This document shows, one piece after another, positions 42,617 through 51,791 of a stretch of 64,000 bases of DNA. A model generated the notes under the pieces. The model did not search any database and had not been told where the DNA came from. It worked only from the letters and a program-made list of their open reading frames with translations. The DNA lies in assembly GCA_963842085.1 (NCBI GenBank), contig CAWJET010000002.1, positions 736,001 to 800,000 of the forward strand, read 5' to 3'. The stretch's first letter is position 1; every line of letters begins with the position of its first letter. A program made the position numbers and the translations under genes. Source of the DNA: an uncultured delta proteobacterium. GTDB lineage: Bacteria; Desulfobacterota; Binatia; Binatales; Binataceae.

Positions 42617-43726
42617 CTAGACCGTTGTGATTCCGTCGATAGCGGCAAATCCGCGCGCATTGCGCAGCCACATCTCGACCGGATGCTCGCGGATGTAGCC
42701 GTGGCCGCCGAGGACCTGCACGCCGTTGTCCGTCACTTTGAGCGCGCTTTGGGCGACGTAATTTTTCGCCAGGTAACTCGCCTTCAGCGCATCGCGGCCC
42801 TTGTCGAGTTCGCATGCCGCTTCCCACACCAGCAGGCGCGCCGCGTCGATCTCGATCGCCATGTCGGCGAGGATAAACGCGATCGCCTGCTTGGTCGCGA
42901 TCGGCACGCCGAACGCCTTGCGCTCCTTGGCGTAGTCGCGCGCGTATTCGAACGCGGCATTCATTACGCCAACGCCCATCGCGGCAAACGCAACCCGCGC
43001 CTCGCTCATCAGGCGCGAAAAGTCGATTCCCTTGTCGCCGCCTACGCGCGAGTCGGCGCCGACGCGGCAGTCTTTCAAGGTCACTTCGTAAGTCGCGAGA
43101 GCTTTGAGTCCCATGTTCTTCTCGCGCTCCGAAACCGCAACGCCCGCCGCGCCGCGCGGAACGATAAAGGCGTCCACGCCGGCAAAACCCTTGGCGGCGT
43201 CGGTCGTCGCGTACACCAGCATCGAATCGGATTCGGCCGCGAGCGGCACGTAGCACTTGGCGCCGTTCAGGACGTATCCGCTGCCGTCGCGCTTGGCCGA
43301 GAGCTGCTGCGCCGACAGATCGAAATCGAAGCGCGGCTCCATGACGGCCGCCGTCGCGGCGGCGAAGTCGGCGCCGGTGAATCGCTTCAAATGTTTGGCG
43401 CGCTGATCGTCGGTGCCCATCTCGACGATTGGAAATGCGAACAGCCGCGGCGCGAGCACGTGCAACGCGATCGAAATGTCGCCGAAACCGAGCTCCTCCG
43501 CGACGATCGCGCCGGTCACCGCCGAGCGGGCGTCGCCGCCGCCGCCGAATTTTTCCGGGACAGCGCCGCTGACAAATCCAAATTGCCACGCCTTGGCCAC
43601 CAGCGCGGCGGGAATCGCGCCGCTTTCGTCGGCGGGCCGCGCCGCGGGACGAATCTCCTCGCGCGCGAACGCACCGACGCTGTCGCGGATCATCCGTTGC
43701 TCTTCGCTGAGTTCGAAGTCGATCAT
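42617..43726 (-). CDS. Acyl-CoA dehydrogenase family protein (partner subunit)
   Basis: EELGFGD, NGAKCYV, VQVLGGHGYIREHPVEMWLRNAR; truncated C-terminus AIDG. Confidence 0.9.
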   Translation of the reverse strand: MIDFELSEEQRMIRDSVGAFAREEIRPAARPADESGAIPAALVAKAWQFGFVSGAVPEKFGGGGDARSAVTGAIVAEELGFGDISIALHVLAPRLFAFPIVEMGTDDQRAKHLKRFTGADFAAATAAVMEPRFDFDLSAQQLSAKRDGSGYVLNGAKCYVPLAAESDSMLVYATTDAAKGFAGVDAFIVPRGAAGVAVSEREKNMGLKALATYEVTLKDCRVGADSRVGGDKGIDFSRLMSEARVAFAAMGVGVMNAAFEYARDYAKERKAFGVPIATKQAIAFILADMAIEIDAARLLVWEAACELDKGRDALKASYLAKNYVAQSALKVTDNGVQVLGGHGYIREHPVEMWLRNARGFAAIDGITTV

Positions 43727-43763
43727 AACTGAAGAAGCGTCCCCTTTCGATTAAAGTAACACT

Positions 43764-44870
43764 TTAAGTTCTGACAAGCACCGTAACGCCGGAGCGCGCC
43801 GACTCATACGCCGCTTCCACCATCCGCTGCGCTGCCACCCCGGCGTCGAATTCAGGATCGGGTTCACACGCTCCCTTGAGCGCAGCAACGAAGGTCGCAT
43901 CCTCGGCGGCCTAGGGAATCGCGAGCCAATCCTTGATTGGCGCCAGGTAGGGCCGCTCGCGCAGGATTTTTTGAGTGAATCTCGCCATCACAACATCGGC
44001 CGCGATAGTCTCCTCGTTGGCGCCGAACGCGCGCTGAAAAACGATCGGCCCGAGCGTATCGGCGTCGGACGCAGCAAACAAGTTCTCGGCGAAGACTTCA
44101 AGCCGCCGATTACTCGCGCGCGCGATCATCCGGTGCCAGATCGAAGTGAGCTGTCCGTGGAAGCCGCCCGCGAATTCCATCCCGGTCGCGCCGAAGTCCT
44201 CGACTCCGTCGGCGCCGTTTAGGTTGCGCGTGCGGCAATAGAGGCTGGTGACGGGACCGAACATCCACGTCAGCAGGTCGAAGTCGTGAACGCTATGCTC
44301 GATCAGCGTGCCGCCGGCGGTCAGCGACGGATCGTTGCGCCACGCGCTCGCGTGCGCGCCGCGCGTCGGAAAGTCCTGGTCGTCGCGCATCGTGACGCTG
44401 AGCAATCTGCCGACGTCTTTCTCCGCGAACATCGCCTTGATCACGTTGTACACGGGCGAAAATCGCAGCACGAGGCCGACCTGGCTAATCACGCCCGACG
44501 CCTTGATCGCGGCCGCCATCTCCGATGCTTCCGCCGCGGTCATCGCGAGCGGCTTCTCGCAGAAAATATGCTTGCCCGCGCGCGCGGCAGCGATACAGGC
44601 CTGGCGATGCATCGCGGTCGGCGTGCAAATCCATACGGCGTCGATCGAGGGATCCGCGATTATCTCTTCGGCCGACTCGAGCGCCCGCGCGCCCTGCCAT
44701 CTCGAGGCCAGCCGCTGCGCCGCCACGTGCGACAGGTCGGCAACGGACGCCACGCGCACGCTTTGCTCGGTACAATCGGCGACGTAGCGGAGCATCATCG
44801 AATGCGTCTGGGCGATAAGGCCGGCGCCGATGATTCCGACGCGAATCTGTCCGCTGACGTGCGTTGGCAT
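43764..44870 (-). pseudogene. Gfo/Idh/MocA oxidoreductase with in-frame TAG at 43911-43913
   Basis: VGIIGAG, ICTPTAMH, FCEKPLA, HSVHDFD; frame continues past TAG as AAEDATFVAAL...AAYESARSG to TAA at 43764. Confidence 0.8.
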
Positions 44871-45031
44871 CAGGGATTCCCGGATTTCTCTTCGCGGCGA
44901 AGCCTTTCCAGCTCGCGCTCGCGCTTGTACTTGGTCGGGTCGTCGATGGTGCGCGACGGCGGCGCCATCGGCTTGCGGATTTTCGCGATCAGATCGCCCG
45001 CGCGATGCTTCTTAGGTTTGCGTTGCGGCAT
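44870..45031 (-). CDS. Small basic hypothetical protein (53 aa)
   Basis: MPQRKPKK...IRKPMAPPSR...KYKRER; its TGA overlaps the next ATG. Confidence 0.55.
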   Translation of the reverse strand: MPQRKPKKHRAGDLIAKIRKPMAPPSRTIDDPTKYKRERELERLRREEKSGNP

Positions 45032-45331
45032 ATCGCGGTGCTGATTCAGTTTGCCGAGGCGGCTAACTCGCGCCATTTTGACTGACCGAGTTCAGGCGAA
45101 AAGAGCGATTTCATACCATAGGCTGTGGTTTTGGGGTGGCCACCCACTAGGGGTGGGTTCGTTCCGTCAAAAAATGTTTTCTTGCCTTGCCCGTTGTGCT
45201 CAAAGCAACCTAACCGCGAACCCCCATCGGCAACTTCAGAGGTTGTCAGCGAATTGAACAATTGGAGAAGCGGAGCGCGCGCAGCGCGCGAACCAGGAGA
45301 CCGGAACCGGCTTCGCGTGGCGCGAAGCTGT

Positions 45332-45378
45332 CCGAGGTCCCTCCTCCCGTCGCTAACGCTCCCGTCGTCGGGATGACA
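45332..45378. repeat. REP/MITE-like element
   Basis: CCGAGGTCCCTC...CGGGATGACA with internal CTCCCGTCG repeat; resembles GTCATCCCG-type intergenic repeats (from recall). Confidence 0.45.
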
Positions 45379-45466
45379 AGCTGTGGCGCGCTCGCTTCGT
45401 AAGAGCAATGACCTCGAGCCGGCGCTCCGATAGCTAACCAATTCCCTCACAAACTCTCAGGGCAGG

Positions 45467-45492
45467 CTCTTCCCGCTCGGGAAGGGGAACAA
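45467..45492. repeat. REP-like palindrome
   Basis: CTCTTCCCG-CT-CGGGAAGGGG-AACAA, same family as 28043. Confidence 0.55.
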
Positions 45493-45620
45493 GATGAGAG
45501 GGGGCTGATGCGGGGCATCATGGCGGTGGTCCGTGCAGTAGTGGTAGCACAGAAAATCGGCCGCAGGCAGGCTGTATAGTTCATCTCCATCTCAGTGAAA
45601 CTGAACCAGTGCCCATATTG

Positions 45621-46411
45621 CTAGGCGGCAAAGCCGACGAAGCTCATCTGCAAGCCGGTCGTCTTTCCGCCGGCCGCGCGTCGCGAGAAAAAACGATCGG
45701 AGGCGCATCGAGTGCACGGCCCGACGCTCGCGATGTTCGCAGGCGAGAGGCCAGCTCGCTCGAGCTGGTCGCGCACGACGGCGCGCAAGTCGATAAAGGC
45801 CTTGCCGGGACGCCCTATCCATATATGTTTGCGCGCGCCGTCAATCTCCCGGCTGAAGCGCTCGCCAAGCTCGGCGTCAACCTCGAAACAACACTGGCCG
45901 ATCGACGGACCCATCGCGGCGCGAATGTCGGACGCGTGAGCACCGAGCTGGTCCATCGCGCGGACGCCGGCGGCAGCGATATCGGCAAGCACCCCCGCCA
46001 TCCGGCATGGAGCGCGCCGGCTATTTTTCGTTTCGAATCGACCATCAGGACGGGCACACAGTCGGCGGTGAATATTCCCAGCATGACGCCTGGCTCGGCA
46101 GTGACTATGCCGTCGCCGGCCGGCCGCAGCGCAGCGGTGTCGCGAGTCGCGGCGTGAACGACGTTGCCATGCACCTGGTTCAGCCGCGCGACGAGTTTGA
46201 GATCCGGCACGTCGCGGCGGATGCGCTGCCAGTTGGTATCGACGGCGCATTCGTCGTCGCCGACCCAATAGGAGAGATTCATCGAGGCGAACGCGCCCGT
46301 GCTGACGCCACCCGTGCGCCCGATGAAGCCGTGACAAACAGAAGCATCGGGCCATGCGCGAAGGATTTCGACGCGGCTTGAGTCGGGCGACGATTCAATG
46401 TGGGTTTCCAC
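45621..46411 (-). pseudogene. pgeF: PgeF/YfiH polyphenol-oxidoreductase-like protein, frameshifted near 45992-45996
   Basis: RTGGVS, QVHG, TADCVPV, HAGWRG in one frame; MGPSIGQCCFEV, IDL, CTRC, FFSRR in another; join at a G5 run. Confidence 0.85.
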
Positions 46412-46453
46412 TTCAAAGTGCTCGGCAGCGAATGCAGTTTACTGATTTCATTT

Positions 46454-46645
46454 CTATCGCCGTCGGTCGAATATCAGAGGCAGGCTACGGAACAGTGCGT
46501 CACTGGCCGAGGTCGATACCGATCCTTGAAGACGGGGGATCTCAGGGTCCGGGATGTAGAGAGGCGCGGGAGGGTTGCCCTTTAGACCTTTTGCCCGCCC
46601 GACCCTTCGTGAACGCTTATTCAGCGGTTTGTTCTTCCGCGACAT
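46454..46645 (-). CDS. Possible small basic protein
   Basis: ATG-started 63-aa ORF filling the gap upstream of pgeF; no recognisable motif. Confidence 0.3.
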   Translation of the reverse strand: MSRKNKPLNKRSRRVGRAKGLKGNPPAPLYIPDPEIPRLQGSVSTSASDALFRSLPLIFDRRR

Positions 46646-46741
46646 TCGCTACTAATCCACAACCCGCCGAGGGTCCGGGTTGTTCGCTCGTCGCAGGATA
46701 ACCTATAATTCTGATCTTTGGAATTTGAGGTTTTGGCGCCT

Positions 46742-46963
46742 ATGAACGGCTACGAATATCTGGTGGCGCGAAATCGCCTGATGCAGCGGCTCGAAGCGGA
46801 ACTGGCGCGGCTCGCTCCGCTGCCGGCGGCCGAACGCGAGGCTGAGACCCGGCGCATCCAGGCGAAATTCGACGTCCAGCTGGCCGAGTTGTACGCGAAA
46901 GTCGCCGACGAATATCCGGGCGAACGCAAGAAGAAGGCGCGTCCGATCGCAGACCCTCGGTAA
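46742..46963 (+). CDS. Small helical hypothetical protein upstream of uvrA
   Basis: MNGYEYLVARNRLMQRLEAEL..., GC3-rich codons, TATAAT and GAGG upstream. Confidence 0.7.
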   Translation: MNGYEYLVARNRLMQRLEAELARLAPLPAAEREAETRRIQAKFDVQLAELYAKVADEYPGERKKKARPIADPR

Positions 46964-46979
46964 GCGGCTGGGAGCAAGC

Positions 46980-49898
46980 TTGGATCGCTCAATCAGTATC
47001 CGGGGCGCGCGCACTCACAACCTGGCCGATATTTCGCTCGAAATTCCCCGCGAGCGGCTGACTGTCGTCACGGGAGTGTCAGGCTCGGGCAAGTCGAGTC
47101 TTGTTTTCGACACCGTTTATGCCGAGGGGCAGCGGCGCTACGTGCAGAGCCTCTCGACTTACGCGCGGCTGTTCCTGGAGCGGATGGAGCGGCCGGACGT
47201 CGATGCGATTTCCGAGATTCCGCCGGCGCTCGCGCTGCGTCAGAAGAACACCATCAAGAATGCGCGCTCGACGGTCGGCACCGTCACCGAAATCAGCGAC
47301 TACCTGCGCCTGCTGTTCGCGACGGTCGGGCACACGATTTGTCCGCGATGCGGCGGCGAAGTGAGCCGCGACAGCGTCGAGAGCGCCGCCGCGCAAATCC
47401 TCGCCGCGCCCGGGCTCTACGTGATACTGGCGCCGTTCGACACGGGATCGCGCTCGATTGCCGACGCGACAGGCTACCTGATTCAGAACGGGTACCATCG
47501 CCTGTACGCCGACAACGGGATCACCGAGACCGCGGAGTTCGCCGCGCGCGCGATTGCCGCCGAAGCGCAGAACGGTTCCACGCCGCCGCCTGACAATACG
47601 ATGATGGTCGTCGTCGATCGCATCTCGGTGAGCAACGAAAGCGAAGGCGAGAGCGAGCGCGTGCGCGAGGCGCTCGAGAAGGCATTCTACTTAGGCGCCG
47701 GACGCGCGCGAGCGGTGCGCGTCGAGCGCGATAATGGCAATACGCATAGCGTCGGCGCGATCGATTTCGACCGGCGCTTCAACTGCTCGCGCTGCGCGAC
47801 GGCGTTTGCGGAGCCGACCACGGCGCTGTTTTCGTCGAACAGTCCGATCGGCGCGTGCCCCGAATGCGAAGGCTTTGGCCGTACGGTCGAGCTCGATCTC
47901 GACAAGGTAATTCCGAATCCGAACCTGTCGATGCGCAACGGGCTGGTCGCGCCGTGGCGCACGCCGGCGTATCGGGAGATGAACGAGTGGATGCTGAAGC
48001 TGGCGCGGCGCAGAAAAATCCGCACGTCGGCGCCGTTTCGCGAGATGACCGACGAGGAGCGCGCCTGGCTGCTGGACGGCGACGAGGGTCCGCGCTCGAA
48101 GTGGGACGAAGACAAATGGCCGGGCGTGCACGGCTTCTTCAAGTGGCTGGCGGGCCGGCGCTACAAGACTCACGTCCGGATTATGCTCGCGAAGTATCGG
48201 CGCTTCGTCACCTGCCCCGCATGCGGCGGCGCCAAGCTGAAGACCGAGGCGCTTAACGTGCTCGTGGACGGCGTGTCGATCGCCGACGTCGGGCGGCTGT
48301 CGATTCGCGACCTCGTCGTTTGGCTCGACAAAATCAGTTCGATCCCGGAAGTCGCGACGCGCGCGGCGGTCGTGATGCGCGAACTGCGCAATCGCGTCGG
48401 CTACCTGGTCGAAGTGGGCCTCGGCTACCTGACCGTCGAGCGGCAGGCGCGGACGCTGTCGGGCGGCGAGGCGCAGCGGATTCATCTCGCGAGCGCGCTC
48501 GGCAGCGTGCTGGTGGGGACGCTGTATGCCCTTGACGAGCCGACGGTGGGACTGCACGCGGCGGACGCGCGGCGGCTGCTGGCGGTGCTGTACAGCCTGC
48601 GCGACTTCGGCAATACGGTTATCGTCGTCGAGCACGATCCCGCGATGATCGCGGGCGCGGATCACATCGTCGAGCTTGGCCCCAGCGGCGGCAGCGAGGG
48701 CGGCGAGCTCACCTACTCGGGGCCGCCGGCGAAGGCGAATCTTGACAGCATGGCGTCGTCGCCGGGACGCGTGCTGCTGATGCGGGCGCTGGCGAAGCGG
48801 CGGAAATTCAGCCGGCGCGATGCCGCGGTTCGAATCGTCGGCGCGCGCGAGCACAATCTCGACGCTATCGACGTGGCGCTGCCGACCGGCCGCATGATTT
48901 GCGTGACAGGAGTTTCGGGATCAGGAAAATCGACGCTGGTCGAGGACGTTCTCTACAACAACTATCTGCGCCGCTCCGGCGATACGTCGGCGGAGCGCGG
49001 TGAATGCGACCGGATCGACGGCCTGGAGCTGATTGGCGAGATGGTGCACATGGGGCAGGAGTTGCCGACGCGCTCGATGCGCTCGAATCCGGCGACCTAT
49101 CTGAAAATCTACGACGAGATCCGCAAGTTGTTTGCGGCCAGTCCCGAGGCGCGCCGGATGGGCGTGCAGCCGCGGCATTTTTCGTTCAACGTGACGGGCG
49201 GGCGATGCGAGAAATGCAACGGCACCGGCACCGTCACGATCGAGATGCATTTCATGGCGGACCTCGAGGTGAAGTGCGACGCGTGCGATGGGCGCCGCTT
49301 CCAGAGCCATATCCTCGCGATCAAGCTCGGCGAACTGAATATCACGCAGGTGCTCGATCTTACTGTGGAGGACGCGCGCGCGTTCTTCGTCCATCATCGC
49401 GCGATCGTCAAGCGGCTGGACGCGTTGATTGCGGTCGGCCTCGGCTACATCCGGCTCGGACAGACCACCTCGACCCTGTCCGGCGGCGAGGCGCAGCGCC
49501 TCAAGCTCGCGCGGTTTCTACTGGCCGATCTCGAACCCGCGCCGGCGGGCGAGGACGGCAGGCATCTGCCGCGAATGTTCATCCTTGACGAGCCGACGAC
49601 CGGGCTCAGCTCGACCGATATCAAGCGTTTGATCAAAGTGCTCAACCGGCTGGTCGCCGAGGGCAACACGCTGGTCGTGATTGAGCACAACCTCGAGTTC
49701 ATTGCGAACGCCGACTACGTAATCGATCTCGGACCCGGTGGCGGCGACGAAGGCGGGCGCGTCGTGGCGACAGGTTCTCCGCTGGATGTCGCGGCGTGCG
49801 AGAAATCGGAGACCGGCCGCGAGTTGCGGCGCTTATTCGGATTGCCGGAGCGTGGCCGGCAGGTCCGTTCGGCTTTGCGCACCGCGGCGGGAGTATAG
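46980..49898 (+). CDS. uvrA: Excinuclease ABC subunit A
   Basis: Two GVSGSGKS Walker A, two LSGGEAQR, LDEPT, zinc fingers. Confidence 0.95.
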   Translation: MDRSISIRGARTHNLADISLEIPRERLTVVTGVSGSGKSSLVFDTVYAEGQRRYVQSLSTYARLFLERMERPDVDAISEIPPALALRQKNTIKNARSTVGTVTEISDYLRLLFATVGHTICPRCGGEVSRDSVESAAAQILAAPGLYVILAPFDTGSRSIADATGYLIQNGYHRLYADNGITETAEFAARAIAAEAQNGSTPPPDNTMMVVVDRISVSNESEGESERVREALEKAFYLGAGRARAVRVERDNGNTHSVGAIDFDRRFNCSRCATAFAEPTTALFSSNSPIGACPECEGFGRTVELDLDKVIPNPNLSMRNGLVAPWRTPAYREMNEWMLKLARRRKIRTSAPFREMTDEERAWLLDGDEGPRSKWDEDKWPGVHGFFKWLAGRRYKTHVRIMLAKYRRFVTCPACGGAKLKTEALNVLVDGVSIADVGRLSIRDLVVWLDKISSIPEVATRAAVVMRELRNRVGYLVEVGLGYLTVERQARTLSGGEAQRIHLASALGSVLVGTLYALDEPTVGLHAADARRLLAVLYSLRDFGNTVIVVEHDPAMIAGADHIVELGPSGGSEGGELTYSGPPAKANLDSMASSPGRVLLMRALAKRRKFSRRDAAVRIVGAREHNLDAIDVALPTGRMICVTGVSGSGKSTLVEDVLYNNYLRRSGDTSAERGECDRIDGLELIGEMVHMGQELPTRSMRSNPATYLKIYDEIRKLFAASPEARRMGVQPRHFSFNVTGGRCEKCNGTGTVTIEMHFMADLEVKCDACDGRRFQSHILAIKLGELNITQVLDLTVEDARAFFVHHRAIVKRLDALIAVGLGYIRLGQTTSTLSGGEAQRLKLARFLLADLEPAPAGEDGRHLPRMFILDEPTTGLSSTDIKRLIKVLNRLVAEGNTLVVIEHNLEFIANADYVIDLGPGGGDEGGRVVATGSPLDVAACEKSETGRELRRLFGLPERGRQVRSALRTAAGV

Positions 49899-49921
49899 TG
49901 GAGATCGGGCAAGGAGGACGG

Positions 49922-50089
49922 ATGCGGCGATTCAATCGGTTGGCGCGCGGCGCGACGCAGCTCGGCTTCGTGGACATACTCACCGCAGTGATCCTGCTCG
50001 GGATTCTGCTCTACGCCGCGACCCTTCAATTCTCCGTGTACAATCGGCCGCCGGCCGCGACTCCCACCGGCACTGCCACGAGCCGCTAG
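49922..50089 (+). CDS. Small single-TM protein
   Basis: RBS AGGAGG, basic N-terminus, hydrophobic helix, Pro/Thr tail. Confidence 0.6.
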   Translation: MRRFNRLARGATQLGFVDILTAVILLGILLYAATLQFSVYNRPPAATPTGTATSR

Positions 50090-50093
50090 TTAC

Positions 50094-50990
50094 TTGCCCG
50101 ACGCAGTAAAAGAACGGCTCGATCATTATCTCGTGCGGACGGGCTTTGCGCCGTCACGGCGCGTGGCGCAGGAGCTGGTCGAGCGCGGGATGGTGCGAAT
50201 CAACGGACGGCGCTCGAAGAAAAGCGAAATTGTCGGCTCGGAGGATCGGGTTGAAGTTGCCGCGACGAATCGGCGCGCGGCAATCGAGCCGAACGCCGGC
50301 CTCGCGCTCGAAGTTATCCACGAAGATGCGGCCGTGATCGTCGTGAACAAGCCCGGCGGCGTGCCGTGTCATCCGCTGAATGCCGATGAGCGCGACACCG
50401 TGATGAACGCGGTCGTCGCGCGCTTTCCCGAAATCGCGAGCGCGGGCGAGAAGCCGCTCGAAGGCGGATTGGTGCATCGGCTGGACAACGGCACCTCGGG
50501 CGCGCTGCTGATCGCGCGCAACCGCGGGGCATTCGAAAAACTGCGCGACGCGATTCGCGCCGGGCGAATTGCGCGCCGCTATGAGGCGCTGGTAGCGGGA
50601 GCGTTCGAGCAGAAAATTCAGATCGACGCGCCGATCGCGCATCATGCGAAGAATGCGCGCAAGATGGTGGCTGGCGATCCTTCCAGTGCGAATCCGAAAC
50701 GCGCCGGCCGCGACGCGACGACCGTCGTTGAGCCAGTTCGGCGGGTCGGCGAGTTCACGCTGTTGTCAGTCGCGCCGAAGACCGGCAGCCGCCATCAGAT
50801 TCGCGTGCACCTGGCGATCCTCGGCCATCCGATTGTTGGCGACATACTTTATGGCGGCCCGCCGAGCGCGAGCCTTGCGCACGGGCGCTTCTGGCTGCAT
50901 CTATGCGACGTGGCGTTCGACTCGCCGGCGGTTGGTCACGTCAAGGCGACTGCGCCTCTCCCGGAGGATTTGAAGAAACTTCTGGACTAG
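50094..50990 (+). CDS. RluA/RluD-family pseudouridine synthase
   Basis: S4 domain, VNKPGG, VHRLDNGTSG, TGSRHQIRVH, HPIVGD. Confidence 0.92.
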   Translation: MPDAVKERLDHYLVRTGFAPSRRVAQELVERGMVRINGRRSKKSEIVGSEDRVEVAATNRRAAIEPNAGLALEVIHEDAAVIVVNKPGGVPCHPLNADERDTVMNAVVARFPEIASAGEKPLEGGLVHRLDNGTSGALLIARNRGAFEKLRDAIRAGRIARRYEALVAGAFEQKIQIDAPIAHHAKNARKMVAGDPSSANPKRAGRDATTVVEPVRRVGEFTLLSVAPKTGSRHQIRVHLAILGHPIVGDILYGGPPSASLAHGRFWLHLCDVAFDSPAVGHVKATAPLPEDLKKLLD

Positions 50991-50996
50991 CCCGCT

Positions 50997-51557
50997 TCAG
51001 TTGCACGCGCATCGCGTGCATTCAGTAGTGAGCGGTACTACATCCGAACGTGGCAGGAGGACATTTTGTCCCACTGAGGTCCCTACCTGCGCGCGCTGGG
51101 TAAAGGCGGTGCCATTGTAGATTGTTGGCCTTTGCTGGTTCAGCGTGGAACCCTCCGGCGGGATGTACGGTGAGGGCGCGTTGGCGTTCAGCAGGTAGTT
51201 TGCGCACTGGCCCCGAGCAGCCTGGCTCGCCAGAACATAGCTGGACGACGAGACGATGCCTGCCCACTCAGTCCACGTTCCCGGCGCCGAGCAGGTGCAT
51301 CGGAATGCGCGCGGCGTCGGCGCTGCGGTCGCGACACCGAGCGGCACAGTCCCCGGCGCGGCGGCGAGTGCAGGCAGCGCTCCGATCGTCGAGAAGGCCT
51401 GCGGCTGACCGGGAGCCGCGGGTGCAGTCAGTGGCACCGGTCCCGGCGCCGCGGTAACTTGCGCGAATGGCTGCCGCGACAGTCTTGACTCGCCGAGCGC
51501 CAGCACAAGGAGCGGGGACACTATGAGTACTCCGATTACCAGCCTGACAGCGCGCAT
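50997..51557 (-). CDS. Secreted Pro/Ala-rich, Cys-containing hypothetical protein
   Basis: Hydrophobic N-terminus, FRCTC, terminal CTRCACN; RBS GGTGGAG. Confidence 0.65.
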   Translation of the reverse strand: MRAVRLVIGVLIVSPLLVLALGESRLSRQPFAQVTAAPGPVPLTAPAAPGQPQAFSTIGALPALAAAPGTVPLGVATAAPTPRAFRCTCSAPGTWTEWAGIVSSSSYVLASQAARGQCANYLLNANAPSPYIPPEGSTLNQQRPTIYNGTAFTQRAQVGTSVGQNVLLPRSDVVPLTTECTRCACN

Positions 51558-51791
51558 ACCATCTCCACCTGCGACTAGCGAAAAAGTCCGGCCGCGCTTG
51601 ATTACGCAAGACAAGCCTGGCGGCCTTGGCTATAATCGCGACCTGATTGGCGCCGCGCAAGCGCTTTGCTCGGGTTCGATTCGGCGCCGGCAACTCGATC
51701 TCAACTGCTGAGTACGATCGCGCAATCGGCGTGCGCGGAAGTGGCGGGCCATCGCGGGTGATGGCGACAGGTACCAAGGAGGTTCGTTCGG

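Noticed and set aside
40689-43589. 966-aa minus-strand ORF
   Set aside because: Arg-rich off-frame overlap of two clear acyl-CoA dehydrogenases; not protein-like.
43911-43913. Genome-wide amber recoding or pyrrolysine
   Set aside because: Many intact genes here end at TAG at their expected termini and no pyl genes are visible.
46660-46740. LexA/SOS box upstream of uvrA (also sought upstream of uvrB)
   Set aside because: No convincing match to LexA motifs I know and no motif shared by both promoters.
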